Source: Phoronis australis
Lineage: Eukaryota > Animalia > Phoronida
DNA: 64,000 nt
Assembly (NCBI GenBank): GCA_002633005.1
Contig: NMRA01000836.1
Coordinates: 62,001-126,000, forward strand
Direction: 5' to 3'
The notes under the pieces: generated by a model
Seen by the model: only the letters and a program-made list of their open reading frames with translations
Databases searched by the model: none
Told to the model about the DNA's origin: nothing
Position numbers and translations under genes: made by a program
In this document: positions 1-12,934 of the stretch, piece by piece
How positions within the stretch are numbered: the stretch's first letter is position 1
How the letters are laid out: every line of letters begins with the position of its first letter

Positions 1-3000
1 GCATTACTGGGAACTTTGCCAACACCTGAAAAATGACCAACCTTCAATACACAGCTTGACCTTTGTTGTATTTTTCAACTCATCGCCGAACTGTTACTTT
101 TCAATCCTGGATAATCCCCGAAACAAATTTCGTCCACAACAATATCCAGACATACAGCACAGTTCCCTAATTTTAATCTGACCAGTCGGCAACCCCTCAT
201 CTACCAATGCAGTTTCGCCCAGGTCAGGGGCCCATTCCAGCAAAACAGTAGCCAGAACGAAACTTAAATTTCAGTAAATTTTAATACAAATTTCATATAT
301 GTCTCAAGACCGTTTTAAGAGAGAGATCTCATGTTTTTTTTGGATAAACATTTTGTCTTAATTTTGACTATAATACCGGGTATGCAAGTTTCAAAGTTTG
401 GAAGTTAAGACAAATCTTAGACTTAAGTCAAAAATGAACTTAAGGTCACAGTTTCGTGGAATGGGCTACCGTTACAAGACATTAGGTCAGGCCACAATGG
501 GGACGTCACTTGAGTCAGAAATCCGGGACAAGTAGCCAATCCTTACATGCTTAGGCGTATTTTTGAATTCTTGTGTTTGCAATTAAGCAATACTAACTGT
601 GAACAGCAAAATTGATGACAACGTAAAAAAATGTTGAACATGGCACGCCAGCAGGTCTTTGTAAGGGAATATTCAAGAGTCTGTATTGAAGTTGGCACTC
701 CAATCAAATGTGCATTCTGCTGCTGTTTGATTGAAATTATCATACAGGTCAGCTATTTTTACAAAGTAACGATATTTGAGTCGTTTCCGAAAAGTTGGAA
801 AAACCTCATGATTTGTGCTGTAAGAAGTTGCACGATGTTTTGCAATTTTTCGCAAAGATTGCTACAATGGCGCACAAATTTCATTTGGGATAGAGTAAAC
901 TTTGTCAGTCTCTAACACACAAAATGCATCTGGAGTTTTCAGTCAACGAAGACATTTTATTCCAAAAACATGGCTGCATGGCTGCCATAGTACCCTTCAA
1001 CATCGGAAAACTTCACTTCACACACACTGTACGTAAATTTCTAAGGGCCACGGTTCAAAATGGCGTACCTCAGCTTTATACATTTTCATCAGACCAGAGT
1101 TGACCTTTGACCACTTTTTGACCCCACTGACGTTCCACAGTGAGTTTGAATGCTCCGAAAACTGTCCTTTCTTGACCTATAAATGATAGACAGACAGATG
1201 GTTCTTAAAGGAAGGTAGAAAGGATAACAGTTTCTCCATCAACGAACTATCAGTCGCATTTAACAAATTTGTAAAATTTAATTACTCCAGACTAGAGAAG
1301 CCACAAGAAAGTTGTTTTTCATTTACATGTCTTTAGTGCCAGGCATTTGCCTCTGGCTGCCTTGGGCGCAGAATATGCTGAATCCATGGAAATGCGTTGT
1401 TGAATACAGTAATTACTTATAAACTGAAAACTATTTGCCAAATTTCATGAAAATGCACCAAATACCTTGGTATCTACATGTCGAGATTTTGTACATTGTA
1501 TACAGGAGAAGCTCAAAAGCCATTAGAGAGTGCTGCAGAACTTCATATCGTTCATAAATCCATAAGACAGTCGCCTCTTCTCAATATGAACACATTTTTG
1601 TAAAATTTGATTCTCTTTGAGTGGTTTGGCTGATACAGACTGAGATGCATGACAAAAAAACAAGCAAAATAATAAAAATGGTCATTGAGATCAAAATGCA
1701 ATTTTATCAATTTTACTTTGACACAAAAATTCACAATTTGGTGTCAACACTCTCCTTAAAGAGACACACTCTGAGTTGCCTATGTTAGCGACAAACATTA
1801 AGTGGTCAATCACTTCTGCTAGCTGCCTATGTCTTGGACACACACTAAGTGGTCAATCACTTCGACTAGTTGCCTTTGTCTTGGACAAACGCTAAGTGGT
1901 CAATCACTTTGGCTTGTTGCCTATGTCAGGGACACACATTAAGTGGTCAATGACTGAGACTTGCGTTCATCCTGCATTACCTTGTGGATGTGTTTGATAC
2001 AAGCCAGGAACATATAGTCCTTGGCATATGAACTGGCTATGTCAGGCTCAGGGAACGACGTAGGACTGAGGTACTTATGATCTGAAAACAAAGTTTAACA
2101 TGTCACTTACTGTAGCTGAGTCACAGGTAAACTTCTAAAAAATTTTGGTTACGTTTTCAACACAAACATGTGAGGCAGCAGACGTTACAAGTTCATGCCC
2201 GCGTATGCACTGTGTTCCATTTCTTGGAATATAAAATTTGAAATTTGACAGGGGAGGTCAATTTTCTAATGAACGGGGGTATCGCAGCCCAGTGGTGCCC
2301 AACCCCCACGACAACACCAGTGCCAGTCACTGCAATCCACGTAACATCAGTTTGACCGTCAGTGAAAACAATCAACTCATCAGTTGAGCGCTACCCCGTG
2401 TAATGAGGACACGTAATAAGTAAAGACAAGAATGTTCTTAACTGAAGACTAACCAATCAGTTGAGAGCTGCCCCAGTAGAAGGGAAGGAAGTGATGATCA
2501 TCCAGGCTTCGCACTCCCTGACTGCCTGCAGGTTCCATTCTGTAGGTTAACTGCACCCCACGCATGACCTCAAGGTACCTGAACACAAATGCATATCATG
2601 GTAGACATTCGCGAATCAATGGTGACTTCAGTATCAGGTTGGACAGACATTGGTCCAGAGTGACACTTCACCATTATCTGTTGGGACTGGTGTCTCATAC
2701 CCCCTCTGTCAGTCAAGAGTGACATTTCACTTTAAATTTGCATTACCAGTCCTGCAGTATCGTTTCTATACATGATCAAAATAATATATTCCACAGATTA
2801 AGTCAACATTGCGCAATGAATGCAAACCACAAGTTTAGTACCCCATTATGCCAGCAGGTGGGACCAGTGTCTCTGGGCTCGTGTTGACATAGAATTGTGA
2901 AAAGTCCCCAAGTTTATTACACTATTCCCGAAATGAGACAAGTGAGCTTAAAGCTTACTTGAAACTGTCGGGATGTGTTTGTCCTAATGAATACTGATCA

Positions 3001-4685
3001 ATTTGAAACATGGATTGACTGGTTAGGAATGATACAGAACACCCACTTGCCCCCAAACTCTGTGTGACTCGAATCATCTGTCAATACATTGTAATCAATC
3101 TGTAAACATAAAATGAATCCATTCATAGTTGCCCTCTCGAAAAATGAACCAAAAATTACACAAAAATGACTAAACAGTCACATCCCCAAACATTCACGAC
3201 ACCACTCCAATTCTGATAATCAACCTATTACCCGTCGTTACCATAGTGACTATGACCTCACCTGTTAAACAGTTTCAACACTGTGGCTGTAGCATCCTCT
3301 TGTTTTAAAAAACCAATTTTGTACAAACAGCAAAGAAACGCTGCAAAGGCAAACTCGTGTCCTGAAATGACAAGGTTTAATACAATGCTCCCTACCAGGC
3401 AACACGTAGACACAAAATTGTTCAAAAACTGAGCATGTGAGCATGAACAGCACATGCGCAGAATTAGGTCATACATAGTCATTTGTAGTGTCACCTAAAA
3501 GCCTAAATTAGTTCGTGTGTGTGACTTCACCATGGTTGGGTTGAAGTGGAGCGAGACTACATGTACAAGTACCTATCTATACTGTGTGTTGGTCAGTTTA
3601 CTATGGTGGGGTTGAAGTGTACTGTGACTACATGACTGTACAAGTGCTATTTGTACTGTGTGTTAGTCAGTTCACCATGGTTGGGTTGAAGTGTACTAAT
3701 CTTTGACTACATGACTGTACAAGTGTCTTTCTATACTGTGTGTTGATCAGTTCACTATGGTTGAGTTGAAGTGTACCGTGACTACATGTACAAGTGTCTA
3801 TCTATACTGTGTGTTAGTCAGTTCACTGGGTTGCACTAAACATGACAACATTACCTGTGCCGTAGTCAATCCTTGTAGAGTTACCCACACTTTCCTTCAG
3901 ATAGCAGGCAATTTCTGGTGCTGCCTTTTTATATTTTTCACCAAACGCAGCCTCAAGTTGACACTCCGCATTCTATAAAACCAAGTCAAAAGACAGTCAT
4001 GTGACATATACATGATCTCTACATATACATCATCTCCTTTATGTAAATGTACAAGCTGTGGGAATGTGCACAACATGTGCAAATACTATATACCAAGTCT
4101 AATCACTTACAGACAATATGTCATATAACAATCTCACAACATCTAATGCACTTGTTGCTAGTCGCCAGTTGCATGTTATTTTTGCTGATCATCTTTTGTG
4201 TTCATCTCAATAGGGTTGTCTTCCACATACGGTAAAATCTAACCAATTTTGGTAATAAATAAATGTTACTACCAAATTGTTTGGTTTCAATGAACTTTTT
4301 AACTTGTGAAAGGTCACATTTTTTAAATTTCTGGTTGTAACTGTGGTATAGAGCTAGACACTAATTTTGTGCAACATATGTGTCGTGGAAAAAATGACCT
4401 GAGCAAAATTTAAACTTTCTGTCACATTTTGTCCTAAATCTGTGAGATTTTATGGCAATGCAGTCTCAACCAATTCATAATTTAGCATTTAATGTACGCG
4501 TAACCTTGACAATAACTACATAGCTGATACAACAAGAAAATATGATATGCAATACAAACCTGTTCTACCCTAGCAAACCAATCCCTGAACGCTGTATTTC
4601 CGAACCTCTGTGGCTGATCTACAGGTGGTATTTCATGCAGCCATGTTTCCCACGAGTTCAGTATGTCCACAAGGGCGGAAATATT
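1..4685 (-). CDS. PTPA: Serine/threonine-protein phosphatase 2A activator (PTPA/PPP2R4), spliced, partial: 5' exons not found, last exon truncated by window edge
   Basis: GT-AG exons in consistent phase: 4560-4685 ([42 protein letters not shown]), 3855-3972 (..[17 protein letters not shown]), 3262-3361 ([20 protein letters not shown]), 2454-2578 ([41 protein letters not shown]), 1981-2081 ([20 protein letters not shown]), 1069-1176 ([36 protein letters not shown]), 1-25 (VLAKFPVM). These are diagnostic PTPA motifs. Confidence 0.96.
229..467. mobile_element. Non-autonomous TIR element (PIF/Harbinger-like MITE, family A)
   Basis: Starts cag|GGGCCCATTCC and ends GGAATGGGCT. A related copy lies in reverse orientation at about 53530-53757 (shared ttggaagttaagacaaatctt, acttaagtcaaaaatgaacttaag). 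Confidence 0.6.
1790..1955. repeat. Intronic minisatellite, ~46-bp unit, ~3.5 copies
   Basis: Repeated taagtggtcaatcactt..gttgcctatgtc..gaca just downstream of the PTPA donor at 1980. Confidence 0.85.
3520..3835. repeat. Intronic minisatellite, ~70-bp unit, ~4.5 copies
   Basis: Repeated gttcac(c/t)atggttgggttgaagtgtac..gactacatg..tacaagtg..tatactgtgtgtt(a/g)gtca next to the PTPA donor at 3854. Confidence 0.85.
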
Positions 4686-4844
4686 CTGTAATGAAAATAA
4701 AAAAATAAGTACTTATATTTTTATGGATTGAATAGCATTGGGCAGTTTGCTCAATCGTTACATTGAAGTTGCCAGAAGCCTGACACCATTAGCACTATCA
4801 TTACATTTTGACAGAACAGTAACAGTCAAGTAGACGTATGGCTA

Positions 4845-5849
4845 ATCTGAGACGATGTGAAGTTGACTGCTAGTTTCACAATCATAACACCATCATAACC
4901 GTAGCATATAGTAAATGTACTAACCCAAGACAACATGAAGTTGTCTGTTAGTTTCACAATCAAAACACCATCATTACCATATCACGTAGTAATGTACTAA
5001 CCCAAGACGACGTGAAGTTGTCTGTTAGCTTCAGTCTTAACAACATCATTACCACATCACGTAGTAATGTACTAACCCAAGACAACATGAAGTTGACTGT
5101 TAAGTTTCACAATCATAACACCATCATTACCGTAGCATATAGTAATGTACTAACCCAAGACGATGTGAAGTTGACTGTTAGTTTCACAATCATAACACCA
5201 TCATTACCATATCATGTAGTAATGTACTAACCCAAGACAACATGAAGTTGTCTGTTAGTTTCACAATCATAACACCATCATTACCGTAGCATATAGTAAT
5301 GTACTAACCCAAGACAATGTGAAGTTGACTGTTAGTTTCACAATCATAACACCATCATTACCATATCATGTAGTAATGTACTAACCCAAGACAACATGAA
5401 GTTGTCTGTTAGTTTCACAATCATAACACCATCATTACCGTAGCATATAGTAATGTACTAACCCAAGACAATGTGAAGTTGACTGTTAGTTTCACAATCA
5501 TAACACCATCATTACCATATCATGTAGTAATGTACTAACCCAAGACAACATGAAGTTGTCTGTTAGTTTCACAATCATAACACCATCATTACCGTAGCAT
5601 ATAGTAATGTACTAACCCAAGACAATGTGAAGTTGACTGTTAGTTTCACAATCATAACACCATCATTACCATATCATGTAGTAATGTACTAACCCAAGAC
5701 GACGTGAAGTTGACTGTTACCTTCACAATCATAACACCATCATTACCGTAGCATATAGTAATGTACTAACCCAAGACGATGTGAAGTTGACTGTTAGTTT
5801 CACAATCATAACACCATCATTACCATATCACGTACTAATGTACTAACCC
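4845..5849 (-). repeat. 77-bp minisatellite (~13 units, alternating A/B dimer) resembling a PTPA exon 3' end plus donor
   Basis: Period 77 (aatgtactaaccc at 5221, 5298, ...). The minus-strand unit reads NDGVMIVKLTVNFTLSW|GTTAGT. The array ends at N 5850. Confidence 0.9.
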
Positions 5850-7149
5850 NATAGCGGAGCTGACCAGCGACTAGCATTAGTTCTTCGAATTGCGCATGAA
5901 TCATAGCGGAGCTGACCAGCGACTAGCATTAGTTCGTCGAATTGCGCATGGCATGGATCGGACTTCCCGGCGACTCGGACGCCACGACACCTGCCACCCG
6001 TGGCGGGAGCACGGCTTATGTCTTGACTAACACCTGCTTCTAAATCTGGATTTAAACAAAATGACAAAGTCCACGCTTACACATATGCAAGCGTATCCAA
6101 TAAATGTATTTTCATGTGAAACCATTCAATTTTCTTTGAACATTGACTTGTGTGAGTTCTTAATTTTCTTAGATCTGCCCAATCAGGTTAGAACTGCGTT
6201 TCAAGTCATTCGCTTTTGGCACCGGAGGGTTCAAATTGGAAGTTCGCGTCGTATGACATCGTATGACGTCATATGACGTAGGAGATGCGAGCCTCATTTG
6301 CATATATAAGTGACATCTGTTGGTTCAAAAAAGAGGATCATGCCCGAGTACATGCCTGGGAAGAGGCATCTTTTTAAGTGTAAAACAAGTCATGTTCAAA
6401 GCAACCTAGTGCCATTAATATGCAGTCTTTGGGGACCAAACTGGTGTCATTTTATAGCTAAAGAGTTAAGCTTTCGAACACAATGTTTGGATTCCAGACG
6501 ACTTAAACACTTACTTTTGAAATCACTTTTGAATATCCGTTAAAATGCGCTAAAACAGTTGTCCCTTCCTGGTTATCTCTTCCTGCTAACATACATGTTT
6601 TTGTATTGATGAAAAACATCAACACACGTGTGATAGCAAACCACCATCGTTAATAAAGTAGGCCTTTTACAATACAGCAGCCCCATCACGAACCCCATTT
6701 AGCGCCAAAAAAATTGAGATGGTGCTCCCCCCAATCAAAGCCTGTGACATCATCAAATTTGGCTTTCACTGTCTCCATCGCATTGGAGTCGGCGATGACT
6801 GGCCGTTTAATTTAGTGCAAAATACATGGAAAATGAAGGAAACACACATAAATTGCTCATTCCATGTCAGTTGAAATTCAAATTGATCAAAGTCATTACC
6901 TTTAAGACTATTTCTTCAATTAATTAGCACACATTCTAAAACGGGCTCATATGGGAATCCCCACGTAGATGACTGGAGTCGCCTTAAGAGTCGAGAAAAT
7001 AAAATGCTTCATACAAATAGTCTTATCGGGCAGTTTTACAAAGTCAATGTTTATAAAAAAGGTGTAGCTTACTTGATACAAGAGTTATCATGCAGCCTGG
7101 GTAGTTTTGCTAGTCATGATGTCGTGAAACTTATGTAGAGCCAATGACT

Positions 7150-7630
7150 CGCAGGGGTGCATGCAAAACTTAGGAGTAAACCAACATTCACCTTTCCCGT
7201 TGCAGCCATTTAAGTGGAAAACAATCTAATAAACATCATTTTCTTGCATAATTCTCCGTCTTTTGTAACAAAGAAAACTCTATTGTCATTTTGAAAACAG
7301 CTTGTGACAAACGTACATGCCATTTCCTAAAATTTTGTGATGATCTCTCAGGAGATGATGACAGCTTTGCAACAGCAAAATTTAGGTTCTTGGTATTAGG
7401 ATTCTAAAAACTTGTAACGAAATGAAACCAGTTCTGTTAATTTGTTTTGACACCTACCAAACCTCGTGGAAGAGAGCAGTTGATTGAAGAACTGAGGAAT
7501 AGAAACTGGCCAATAGGTGACAGCGCCCAAAGGTAACCCAAAAAAGCGCAATACAATTTTAGCACCAGATGAATGGTAGAACACCAATTTTTCCAACACC
7601 GGTAAATAATATAGTTTATTCAAAGAAGAC
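7150..7630. mobile_element. Old ~480-bp interspersed repeat (MITE-like), copy 1
   Basis: Diverged reverse complement of 8322-8808 (catttcctaaaattttgtga / tcacaaaaatttaggaaatg; ggagatgatgacagctt / aagctatcatcatctcc; caataggtgac / gtcacctattg). Confidence 0.7.
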
Positions 7631-8321
7631 CTACAAGAAATGACACTCACCTGTTGCGTAGTGAGGTTTAAGGGGAATTTTGTTGGCACAATGATGTCAT
7701 ATGTACCACTTTACATTGATTGGTCGAAAATTTCTCTGGGGCGCTCGAAGGGGTTTACGGGTGGTGTACTTTACGTCACAATTACTTTTTGTGGTATACC
7801 ATATGCAAGAAACAAAAACAATATTTTATTAAAAAACACTTGTATTTCTGGTGTCAAAAGGGTGTTTTGGTCGCTGGAGGCTATCTTTAAACGGCTCTAA
7901 GTGTTGGATGACTCTAGCTTGCTGGTCATTAGCTCTATTCAAATAGGTCAAATGATACAAGTTTCAGGACGTGACGAGTAGAATGGTGACATTTCGAGGT
8001 CTATTAGAGGAAAACAGACAGCATAGTGGTACACAGTCTAGACCTAGCTGTAACAAGCACTGCTAGAAGTAACCGGATAATCTACACTATAGACAGTAGC
8101 ACTAGATGTAGGAGGCTAGGAGAGGTAGTCCGACTCCAAGTCCTACTTTAGCACTACTCCTACATTAAGCAACTACATTGCCTTGGATGCCGCAGGCTTC
8201 ACTACTGACTGGCTACACAAACCCTAGCCTTGGTACAAAGCTGTATATACAGCTTTGTACCGATGTGGGTAAAAAGGTGGTAAGATAAAATCTGACACAA
8301 AATTAGTGTCATTAAAAACTA

Positions 8322-8808
8322 CAGTGTTCCTTGAGTTAATTAAATTATTTAACGATGTTGGAAAAAGTGGCGTTCTACCGTTATTCTGCTGCTAAAGTTG
8401 TGGAGCAATCTTTAGTGACGGCTTTCGACGTCACCTATTGGTTAGTTTCTCTTTTCGCCAATTCTTCAATCAAATGTTGCTTTTTCACGAGGTTGCGTAC
8501 ACGTCACAACAAATTATCGGATCTGGTTTCACTTTATTATGAGTTTTCAGAATTTTGGTACTGAAAACCTGAATTTCAGAAGAAATTTTGCTGCTGCCAA
8601 GCTATCATCATCTCCCGAGAGATGTCACAAAAATTTAGGAAATGGCGCTTGTGTGTGACACGAGCGTACGTTTTTCAAAACGACAACACATTTTTCATTG
8701 TCAGAAAAGGCGGAGAGTTACGCAAGAAAATGACGTTTATTGCATTGTTTAAACGGCTGTAAGGAGAAGGTTAGTGTAGGTTGATTCCCAGATTTTGCAG
8801 CACCCCGT
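8322..8808. mobile_element. Old ~480-bp interspersed repeat (MITE-like), copy 2, inverted relative to copy 1
   Basis: Collinear reverse-complement similarity to 7150-7630. Confidence 0.7.
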
Positions 8809-8954
8809 CCGGCCTTTAGTTTTACATGTTGATACAAGTTTCACGGTGTGGTGACGAGCAGACCTACCCTGGCTATGTGCGGAAGAAAAACACACAGTGA
8901 TACCTACTTCTAGCTGTAGTTTGACGACAGTCTTCATACAGCTACTGACTCCTG

Positions 8955-9362
8955 GGCCCGGTCTCCAATCTTTTTACTCGAAATGGAACTCGAAATCAGT
9001 TCTGGTATTTTCTACTCTACTTTTGGGCGAACTCAAGATAAGTGTCTATTATTCTATGCTCAAGTACACAATAACTTACGTAAATAATTTATTGCCCTTA
9101 GTTCACAGTTTGTAAACCCAATATCAAAGCAATAAGTTCGAGTTTGAACTCGAAATTTCGTGTTTTACTCGAGTTTGTAAGAAATCAATATAAGAGTCTT
9201 CAAGGGCAAACTTGAACTAGAAACTCCTATGCATAAACTATAATGTATTCGAACACAGTCTGATAACCAATTATCTTAAGTTCGCAAAAAGGAGCAGAGA
9301 AATTGCCAAAAATAGTTTCGAGTTCGTTTCGAGTAGAAAGATTAGAATTTAGAGACCGGGCC
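8955..9362. mobile_element. PIF/Harbinger-type MITE (family B), CTG target duplication
   Basis: TIRs GGCCCGGTCTC..GAGACCGGGCC with subterminal ACTCGAAA/TTTCGAGT motifs, flanked by CTG..CTG. A second copy lies at 37593-37993. Confidence 0.85.
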
Positions 9363-11680
9363 CTGAGCTAGCTGGCTGGCTACACAAACCCCAAAATTGA
9401 TGTATATGGAAGCGTATAAGAGCAATTTAATCAAACTTGTAAAAAAAAGTTAGCCAGTTTCATGAAATTATGACAGCTGCGCTGATCCAGTTCAGACGCT
9501 GTCTAATGATAATGAAAACCAATTTTATAATACACACCGGGGGTATCCGAGGACGAGTTGTCTGCCATGTTGACCTATTTTTATTAGACGGTTGAAACCA
9601 AGCTGGAACAGGGTATAGATGGGTATTTTTCATGTACAAGCGCGTATCATCCAAATGTTTTCAGGCTTTTTTGAACATATTAAACATCTTTAAATAAGTA
9701 TTGGTGTTTATTTTGTATCAAAATTGTCAATAATAGAACAAGGATTTCACAACTTTTCACAATTTTTTGTTAAGTACATCTTAAGTCACCCTTTTAAGTT
9801 TAGTATTGTGATCCAATCTCTTTCCTTCTCGACTTCACGCATGCTCATTAAAAGTCAACAAGTTCGTAGGGCACTTGACACTGCACTGGACTTTGAGTTT
9901 TTGCAAGTTTACTCACATCATATCGTCTGGTCAGATTGTAAATATGCTTCGGACTGCGTGTAGAATCATGGTGAGTCACGTGTGTGGCGTGGGCACTTTT
10001 TACTAGATATTTAGATATTATTTCATCTTAAGAATTATTCGAGAAATGATACTAATTACTGCCTGCAAGTGCAAATTGAAAACATTACTACTTGAGGCCA
10101 TTGGCATAGAGCAGTAGCATTATGCAGACAACTGTCAATATTGGGTCAATGAATGATATGAACTGGTCTCTCCTCATACACTGAGACAGGTGTTAAGTTA
10201 GTGGTTTGAGAACGTTCTACAAATATAACCAAAAGTCAGTGGTCTTCTAGTGAATTATGCCTAGACCCTGGTATTCTTATGGTGTTGGTGCTCAAACATT
10301 TCCTAGACACATAACATTATAATTTTATTGTCGTGATGGACTGTCCGGTAGGCCGGCTTCTCTGGCCCGTCAGAAACCGCTAGGCTTTCTGCTCGATTGC
10401 TCTTTATTACAGCACTTTAAGATAAGAGTTGCAAGACATTTGATTGCATCTTTCATTTCTTGTTTTTGTTGACAAAAACAGAAATCACATTTGAATTCTT
10501 CATAAAAGTTGAAGTGTTGGCCCCCTTTTTCCCACAAAAATCGGTCAAGTTTTGTGGGATATAGATGTAATTCGTATCAGCTGATTTGATAGTCTATCCA
10601 GTATTACTGATGCGCTTCACCATTTGTGAAAGAAACATTTTTTATGCCTTAAACTGACAATTCATCAACAAAGGTACATATTGCAGCTGCTGAGAGATTA
10701 ATTTTATTTGAACATAAGTAAAAATAACAAATGCTATGCTTTGTCTCGGTGACTTAACAACAGTCTACTTGGCGCAGTGAACTGAGGGGTTAGCCTCTGG
10801 TTTCTACTTGTGTGTGCAGATGCGCATTGTCTAAAACATTAAATGGAAAGTTCAAATGGAGTCTGCATGTGTATCCCACTCCAGTATCGACTTTTGTTAC
10901 TCACAATTCAGCAATGCCTTTGTCCCAAGTAGGGCACCTCGCCTCTATTCTGATTCGAAGTGCTTAGTCTTTTTTCCGCAAGTTGTTTTTCCGTGGGCGA
11001 AGAGAAAAGGGAGGCTGGCCAGATCCGTACTCTCCTTTAGCTCTGGTAATTGGGCGACTAAATTGCCTAGGTGACGTCAGTAAGTCGGCTTAATTTCACT
11101 CCCTTCAGCATCCACCATGTAATGTATACTTCTTTGGACCTGTCGCCGCCAAACTTGATATTCTGTTTTGCAGCAATCATCGCCTATATTTCGCCACATT
11201 TCGCTCGTGTTTTGTTTTGTTTTGTCACCATTCGCCCATAAGAAAATTCTTGCACTCTTCGCTGTCTTTTTGTTTATTTCTACGTGATGTTACACGGGCA
11301 CACCCGAATGTTTACAAACCATTCATTACGCCGTAGTACGGGACTCGACTGTTTACAAACAAACAAAACCAATGTCACAGTACATGTTGGGGACCACGTG
11401 GGACAAGGAAAGGTCACCGACAAAATTTTAACTAAAAACATTGTATACAAAGAAGCTTTATTAACCGTTACAAATTTTTTTCTTCACAAGTTCTGTCCTG
11501 AGTACTGCATATTTTGTGCACAATGTAGTGTAATACTATGCCTCACATTCTCGCGGTCTTCAATTCATTTCCGAAGTGTGTAGAAATGCTTGAACGTCTT
11601 GGCCATAGTGTGAAAATTTGTTGTGCCTCACAATCTCATGTTCTGTTTTGCTGAGAAGAATTGTAGTATGAAAATTGATA

Positions 11681-12280
11681 ATGAGACTTTTATAAATACA
11701 CTGAGACTATTTTGTATACAAATGCTACTTAAGACAGATTTTATTAGAAAAAAGCATTTGTATAAGATCTCTTATTATGGCACTGTTGCATAGACGTGTC
11801 ACAGTGCCATCGTGTTTACGTAAATTTGTGATTACAAACGGTTTTCATTAAGTCAGTCCGGAGTGCTGCATTTGTACACAATGGTGTGTACATCTATTAT
11901 TGTACCTCGCAATTGCATTGTTTTTATTGCTGAGAATTCTTTACACGTCTTGACCCAGTCATCCTTTGCATGTGCATTTATGATGAGACTTTTGTAAATG
12001 TATTTAAACTATTTTGTCTATAAATACTTCTTAAGACAGATTTTGTAAAAAAAAACATTTGTTTGTATATTAAGCTCTCTTATTATCGCACTGTTGCATA
12101 GTGTCATCGCGTTTATGAAAATTTAGTATTACTAACAGTTTTCATTCATTAATTCAGTCCCGAGTGCTGCATATGTACATAATCGTGTGTATATGTAGTA
12201 CTGTATATCACAATTTCATTACTTTTATTGCTGAGAATTGTTTACACGTCTTCATCCACTTACCCTTAGTATTCATTTAT
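11681..12280. repeat. ~300-bp direct tandem duplication
   Basis: 11681-11975 and 11983-12280 share atgagactttt..cttaagacagatttt..ctcttattat..gcactgttgcatag..gagtgctgcat..tttttattgctgagaatt..tttacacgtctt. Confidence 0.85.
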
Positions 12281-12934
12281 GGTCTGATTACTTTGTCTTC
12301 AACAAATGCATTTTTAAAGTTTTCCCTTTAAAGAATAGCTGATTACCATACAGTATGTTACGGCACGATCAAATGTTCTGGAAAGATAAATATTTGTACT
12401 GCCTGGTGTAAGAATCCGCAGCCGCATATCCTGCGTTAAGCTGACAGAAATTCTGATTGAACCTTTAAAATGAGACGGTCTCCTCAAACAATATCCCTGT
12501 CTCTTTCCATGAACACTAAATGTTCATGTCAAGGTGTAGCTATTTCCCACAAGTCATTTCCCATAAACTATGTACATGTAACTGCCACCTGCGCTTTTGC
12601 ACTTGATGTCTCTCCAACGAAACGCAGTCACATATTTTGAGACTTCAGTATCTGACAAATTTTGCCTCCCAAAGCAAGCTTTAAAATTGGCCACTGGATT
12701 CTAAATTGGGAGCCTGTACATTCTTATTCTCAATGAATGAAAGTATGGTAGATCACATGTGGTCAGACTATGTTCATTACATGTAGCTCCAGACCCACAA
12801 AGGCCTATTCAAATCACTGATAAAAGCTTGACAGCTTATACTTCCTGAAGCTCCTAAGTTTGTTTAACAGTCAAAATAAGGTTATGATGGGAGACTTTGT
12901 ATGATAGAAATAGGCAATATTACATCACTACATG

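Noticed and set aside
1205-1760. Kolobok-like element bounded by TTAA-AGG..CCT-TAA
   Set aside because: The terminal match is too short to call with confidence.
4845-5849. Regular arrays here and at 26908 and 37300 as CRISPR-like loci
   Set aside because: Units are contiguous with no unique spacers, there are no cas genes, and the context is a eukaryotic intron.
7651-7720. PTPA coding exon ending at the GTGAGT donor
   Set aside because: No in-frame ATG or convincing PTPA similarity; at most a non-coding exon.
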